A DNA stretch of 64,000 nucleotides from Adineta vaga (Eukaryota; Animalia; Rotifera), in the NCBI GenBank assembly GCA_021613535.1, contig CP075496.1, positions 12,772,001 through 12,836,000 of the forward strand. The letters are read 5' to 3'. This document shows, piece after piece, positions 57,801 to 64,000 of the stretch. Position numbers and translations under genes: made by a program. Under the pieces are notes generated by a model. That model made no database searches. It was given only the letters and a program-made list of their open reading frames with translations, and was not told the DNA's origin. How positions within the stretch are numbered: the first letter of the stretch is position 1; each line of letters starts with the position of its first letter.

Positions 57801-57943
57801 GCATAGAACGAGAAAGTAATGAGAGTTCAAGCTGTAACGTATGATGACAAGCCGGCCCTTTTAGGCGTGTCCATCACCATCATATAAATTTTCTTTCTAA
57901 TTGCTTAGTTTTATATCATTTATATATATTTAGATCTCGAAAG

Positions 57944-58651
57944 ATGATTATAGAAAAACTTCTATTCATCTTACTCTTTATTCCGATTATCTCTGGTCTT
58001 CCATCGAATTCATTCTATTTAATTGAACTTGATCAAAAATCATCATCGAATGAAACTTATTGTTCAAATATCTTTACTAATCAACAAACGTATCGTCTTC
58101 CAAAAGAATGTCATAAACATTTACTTTGTGATCCATATTATTGCGATGATAAATCATTTCGTTGTATGAAAATTCGAGAAACATTATGTTGTTTACATCA
58201 ATATTTTCAATCTCATTGTCAAGAAGATAATGTCAATCGACTTAAAGATCAATTTCGTTCAGTATATTTTCAAATATCAATTGAACATGGATATTGTGAA
58301 ATTAATCTAGAAAGAATTGAAAAAAATGATCAAGCTTATTGTATTGCAGATATTATCGAAGAACCTAAATCAAGTGAAGCAATAAAAACAACAACAACAA
58401 CAACAATGATTCTATTGGATACTTCAACACGATCAACATTTAAACATTTCTATCGACGTACATCTACAATACGATCTAATCGACATCGTCATCGAATAGC
58501 TATACGACCAAATTATTCATCATTAGCTAATTTAGATTATTTACGACAAGTGACAATAATTGAAGAAAATATTTCATCAAAATGTTCAAGAATTTTTCTT
58601 CATTGGTTTTCTATTAGTATTTTATTATCATTAGCGTTTTTATTGAAATGA
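57944..58651 (+). CDS. Secreted/GPI-anchored 10-Cys orphan protein with Thr-rich stalk
   Basis: Signal peptide, Cys-rich domain including CC, TTTTTT linker and hydrophobic C-terminus; single coding exon. Confidence 0.8.
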   Translation: MIIEKLLFILLFIPIISGLPSNSFYLIELDQKSSSNETYCSNIFTNQQTYRLPKECHKHLLCDPYYCDDKSFRCMKIRETLCCLHQYFQSHCQEDNVNRLKDQFRSVYFQISIEHGYCEINLERIEKNDQAYCIADIIEEPKSSEAIKTTTTTTMILLDTSTRSTFKHFYRRTSTIRSNRHRHRIAIRPNYSSLANLDYLRQVTIIEENISSKCSRIFLHWFSISILLSLAFLLK

Positions 58652-60282
58652 ACGTGTGCACTTTTTTCTTTTCTTTTTTTTTTGTATAAATTAAGTAAAT
58701 AAGATTTGTGACTGATTATCTTTTGTTTTCTTATTAGTATGAAGAAGGTTTGTTATTGTACAATGATACTATTCAATATCAAATCGATTGTCAGTTGATG
58801 AGACGAACGAATGCTATTATTTATTGTTTATAAATAAAAGAATTCATAGGTGTGGTTTTTCTTTCGAGAAAGTGTGTGCTTATTTTGATATGTTAAAGGT
58901 TATGTTAACTGATCAATTATAGAAATGCAATGTGCACGAGTGATGAATAGCAATTAAATAAAAACATTCGATCATGATTCTAAAGATTATTTCCTTTGCT
59001 AAAAGAAAGGGTCACAGAAAACGATCGGTTTACACTGTAAATAAAGGTCGTAGTCGTCTATCTGGGTAATACTATTTGATCAATCAATCTACTGCAAAGT
59101 TCAGCAATTCATTTTTTTTCTCTCGTTTTCTTGTCGGTTACAGTATAATGTGATGATGCATCATTCAATATCATAATAGAATCATACTGCGTGTAATTAT
59201 TTCTTATTTGGTCTTTGTATAATACTATGACATAGAAAAAAAAATCATTAACGTCAGCTCTATATCGTTGATTTGTTTGTTACGATGAGTACAAAGCCTT
59301 TGGTGAACAGTTCACACTCTTCTTACTTTTATCCATTATCACTATCAATTTAAATGAGTTCTTTCACGGTTAATTATATAGTTAGCATGGTTTTGTTCAT
59401 TATATATACAATAATACGAACGGATATCAATAGGAAATGATTATTTGATATCAGGACAATTTGTGAGAACTCATTAAATCATTACCATTGAGTACAAGAT
59501 TTGCGTACGTACAACCTATATGTCTGGAAGGAGACTCAATTTCCGTAATGTGCTGAAGGAAATTTTAAATGCTCCGATGTATTAAACCAGCCTTTAAAAA
59601 TTTATAAAGTGAAGAAAACACGATGACAAAATGATTGATAAATACATTCGAAAAAGTACAAGAGAGCATTTAGATAAATCTATACTAAGATTTCCAATGA
59701 CTTGTCAACTTTTGACTTTTTCTCTTCTTTTGGAAATTTTGTTTTTTTTTGCTTCAAAATATATGTACCCAATACATAGATGAGTACATAAGTCTAGTGA
59801 ACTAGACAAATAACTTCGATTGATTTTGAATAGATTCATTGATACAAATATTCCATGAAACATGAATAATTCATATCTATGAGAATAATTGCTCTTTTAC
59901 GCAGTTTCATGAATATAAAATGTCTTTCATTACCTGGAGTCATTTCTATGTGATTTTATTTTATAGATACTATTTCTTATGCATAGGTCATCATACCTAC
60001 TAAGATCTAATGATTCATATGTGTACTTGTGAATGAATATTCGATTTTAAATTTACTAATAAGATGACACAATTTATACTAATCATATCATCATGATATC
60101 ATATTTTGCATATCATTATTCATTTTTTGTTCATATCATCGACATCATCATTTAGCCACTGTTCGGAAAGTGTTACACATGAACAAAAAAATAAATAAAA
60201 GAAACAATTTAAATTAAAAGAGAAAAAGAAAGAAAATCGGTAAAAAATACAATAAAGATATACGTATATAAAGAACACATAA

Positions 60283-62381
60283 TCAACATGTTTCAACAAT
60301 ATATGCTGGCGATTGTTCTTCTTCTATACGGTTCTGTACAAATACATGAGATTCTTCAATGTCTTTTGTTGCAGTAAATTTTGCATTGTATACATCAGTC
60401 GTTGATAATGGTAAATCAGAGGTATTAGTCGATAAAGATTCTTTATCTTTGGATAATGATCGACGTATTGATGTTAAATCTGTATTTACTGAGGGTGATG
60501 GATTTACAATAGCTGCTAATGTTGATGATGGTAAATGACGAAAACAATGTACAATAGTAGCCGAACGTGGACGAATCGTTGATCGATTCTGATCATTATT
60601 TGGCGTATAACAAACAGTATGTTGTCGACGAAGTTGATGTTCAAATGTTGCTGATGATCTTGGTGAATGAGAACATGTACGAGATTTTCGAGGTGAACTA
60701 TAAGCATTATTATTATTAATAACTGTATTTGTCATTGATTTACATATAGTTGAACGACGTGATGTTAGATCACCATTGGATGAATATAATGAATGTTTAT
60801 TCGATAGATTAACTGTAAAACCACAACAGTTAAATAATGAAGGTTTTCGTAATTGATGTATAGGATAATTTACATTGCTATATTGTCGAGATAAATAATT
60901 TGAACGATTTTGTGAATGAACTGTTAATCCACAATAAGGTGAAGCTGCTGTTGTTGCTATTGAATGATCGGTTTCATCATCGTCATCATATAGAAAAGAA
61001 TGAGTTTGCATTTTTGAATTTTGACGACTTGATTTTGTTCGTTGAAATCGCCAAAAAAAGCATTCCCATAATAATTTACGTATTTCACGACGTGATGTTC
61101 GACCACTGAAAGAAAATCCATAGAAAAATATTAATAAAACTTGTTTCAAATATCTTACCTCATAATAGCAAACATTAAATTTAAAGAATAATTACACATT
61201 TCTAATACACGAAATACAGTATTTAAATTAACATAAATATAAAGAGGCATCAATGGTGTTTTACTAATATTAGAAGCAAATGCATTGACCATAGTTAAAA
61301 TATATCTTGGAGATATGGTAAAAATAACAAAAAATGATGAAAGAACAAGTTGAATAGTTTTTTCTTTAAATTGTTTTTCTCGTTTAATTACATTTCGTGC
61401 ATCAATTGAACCAATTTTTGATAGAATACTACGTTGTCTTGATAGACTATATAGAATTAACCAATTAATGACAAGTAACAAAATCGAGGGAATAATTGAA
61501 TGAAAAAAAATGGTATTAAATGTGAAATAATGTTTTTTCCATTGATCATATCTCGTTTTTGATGATTGAGCATTCGTTTGCCATATACACATAAATGTAT
61601 GAATAGATACATTTGCATAAGCATGTAAGAAGAAAGTTGGTAATAAATAAATAACATTTGCAAATAGGACAAGGAATAAAACGACAACAAGAACAATTTT
61701 TGATATTAACATTGTAAAACATAGACGACCTTTGATAGGAAACCAAATGATAACACATTTTTCAACTGCTAATGCAACTGTTAACCAGATACTTGCCTAA
61801 AATATAGTATTGATTATAGATAATCTTTTATTCAAAATCATTCATTAGACTTTTATTATAACGCTTGATTAATTCTTTTCATATCTTAAAAACTGTCATT
61901 TATCTCTTCTGAGAAAGAAATGATATATTCGATTTATATCTCATTTTCATCTTCTATTGTTTTTATCAGAAGAAAAACAAAGATTTCTAATTATTGTCAT
62001 AATTACCTGTCCAGTAAACATTATAGTAAAGAATACCCAACGACATAATTGCAAGGTAACGCGAAGATATCCTTTATCAAAAAGAATAAAAATAAAGAAT
62101 TCAAATAATCGTACTGTATCGAGAATACAAATAATTGAAAAATAAAGTTGAAATGTCGTATGACGGAAACTGCGTGATGCACGAAAATATAATAAACTTA
62201 AACAATTAAATGTCAAACCGAATAGAAATAATAAACTGCCAATACCAATTTGTATATATGTATTAAATGCATCAATAAGAACTTGTTCACGTTGTGGTAT
62301 TCGACTTGTCGTACCACGACTAAGAATCGTTGAAGTTAAAACGACTGAACGATTCAAATCACTCCACGTTGTTTCATTCAT
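60283..62381 (-). CDS. Class A peptide-type GPCR with long Ser/Thr-rich C-tail, divergent
   Basis: GLTFNCLS, LYFSIICILD, ASIWLTVALAVEKC, IIPS, FTISPR, NYSLNLMF; exons ~62381-62008, ~61796-61158 and ~61106-60283. Confidence 0.88.
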
Positions 62382-63985
62382 TTCATTGACAAAAACTATC
62401 TAGAAAGAGAAAACAAAACGAAAATAAAAATCAATAATATTTTTATCTAGACAAGAGAACGATTTGTGTATATAGTTACATTCTGATTGTATCAAGGGAA
62501 TCCGTTCAAATTATTGATGTGATCACACGAGAGAAAAAAGTACTCATAGATTCAAATGGCACATTAGGAAAGAAAGACAGAGAAAATCTCAAAACATCTA
62601 ACACTAATCGATCAATCAATTCATTTTTTTTCTGTTCTTTTTTTTCTTGCATTTGAAAAACATGAAAAGAAACGCAGCAGTTGGACATGAATAGAATCAT
62701 ATAAATCAAAACGGAAAAAAATACATGATTTCATATAATGCATACTTTTCTTCTTCTATTCTGTTTTTTTTCTATAGATATATGATGATAATAATAATAA
62801 TAATGATTTAATGTTTAGCGTCTTTTTCTTTTCGTCTCTTCATTCTTACCCTTTGCTCTTGTCATGCTAATCAATTTCACCAAGTTATTCACCTGCAATT
62901 ATCCACGACATCATATTTGTCTGTTCTGTTCGTATGCACGTTTGATTACGATTCTCCCTCTACAAAATATCTCCCTCGACATGTCGGCGACAATCATCCA
63001 TCTTGTTTTGTCTCTCTCTCTCTCTAAGCATCATTCTTGGCTAGCAGAGCATTATAATTACATCCTCACTTTATTAATCTATCAGTCAAATATCTTGATT
63101 CATTTTTCAGTTGAATATGATGTGAGGAATACAAAACAAAATGTCCTAATATCAGTAGATTGACTCTATCATTCAGTGAATGTTTTTCTTTACTTGATCG
63201 TTTTCGTCGCAATAGATACTATCGATATGTATCGACAAGAGACATTTTAAAAAAACAACACAAAAAATAAAATGACGCTTGTAATTAATCATGAAATACC
63301 ATGGAAAAGAAAAGATTCTTAATTTCTAATTTAAAAACTTCATCCATATATGATTTTTAATAATATGTACTGTTATAATACCTGTTCGCGTAATTGATTA
63401 TATACGATCTGTAAAAATGATCGACTAATTTCTTACTAATAAATGATTTATTTCGTTCTAGATATTTTCTTAAATCTGTTTTTCATGATAAAAAAGAAAT
63501 ATACATAAACTGTAAAGAACAATATTTACAAATCAATGGTTTTTATTTAAGTAAAATCATGTTTTTTTTCTAAAAAAAGTTCTTTTTCTCGCTTTACTTC
63601 CTCGCTTATATTTATGAGAAGAAAAATGTATCGATGAGTAAATAATATGTAAACTTAGTGATGAAGAAAAAGCATGTCGAAAAAACTAACAACAATCACC
63701 TTAGAAATCTTATACGCTTGTACGAAAATGTCTCTGTTACTTCCCTTTCTTACTAGTGCAAACTTCCGTAAAGATAAGTCTGTTTTGTTTTGCTCAACTA
63801 GAATAGTAATTCTGTTCTATCTGACATATCCGACGAAAAAGACTAAATCTTTCTAAGCCTATTACAACTAGTCTTTTCTTTTTGAAATCTATCTATTTTT
63901 TTAATATTCTTACTTCATCATGTATGTATTACTTTATCCGTAATAACAAATCGAGACAATAGAAGACTTTACTCGAATACATTGT

Positions 63986-64000
63986 ATATATATATATATA
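63986..64000. repeat. (TA)n microsatellite at window end
   Basis: tatatatatatatat visible. Confidence 0.7.

Noticed and set aside
59460-59600. Slightly GC-richer patch translating to QPICLEG, protease-like
   Set aside because: Short, stop-interrupted and without other serine-protease motifs.

Overview
Very AT-rich, gene-dense eukaryotic DNA with mostly ~50-70 nt GT-AG introns. The animal gene content mixed with non-metazoan-looking genes suggests a bdelloid rotifer (inference, not proven). About 25 protein-coding genes can be reconstructed by splicing the ORF fragments. Recognisable ones: hnRNP M/MYEF2-like, S9 peptidase, Vav-like GEF, PAAT/C10orf88, two tandem insulin-like peptides, VMP1, a LURP-one/LOR protein, STAMBP/AMSH, NDST, NDUFAF3, an LRR surface protein, QARS1, MIX23/CCDC58, NUDT9, IQCG/DRC9, ATP5F1B and two divergent class A GPCRs; the rest are orphans. 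Main points of interest: (1) a tandem pair of insulin-family precursors sharing an extra ~55-60 aa two-Cys domain in front of the B chain, which I do not recognise; (2) co-oriented gene runs with 22-260 nt spacers ending in an unpaired 3' splice site just before the ATG, suggesting trans-spliced operons, two of them headed by horizontal-transfer candidates next to bidirectional promoters; (3) two H/ACA snoRNA candidates in enlarged ATP5F1B introns; (4) an antisense ORF nested in a NUDT9 intron. All homology calls are from motif recognition by eye; no searches were run.
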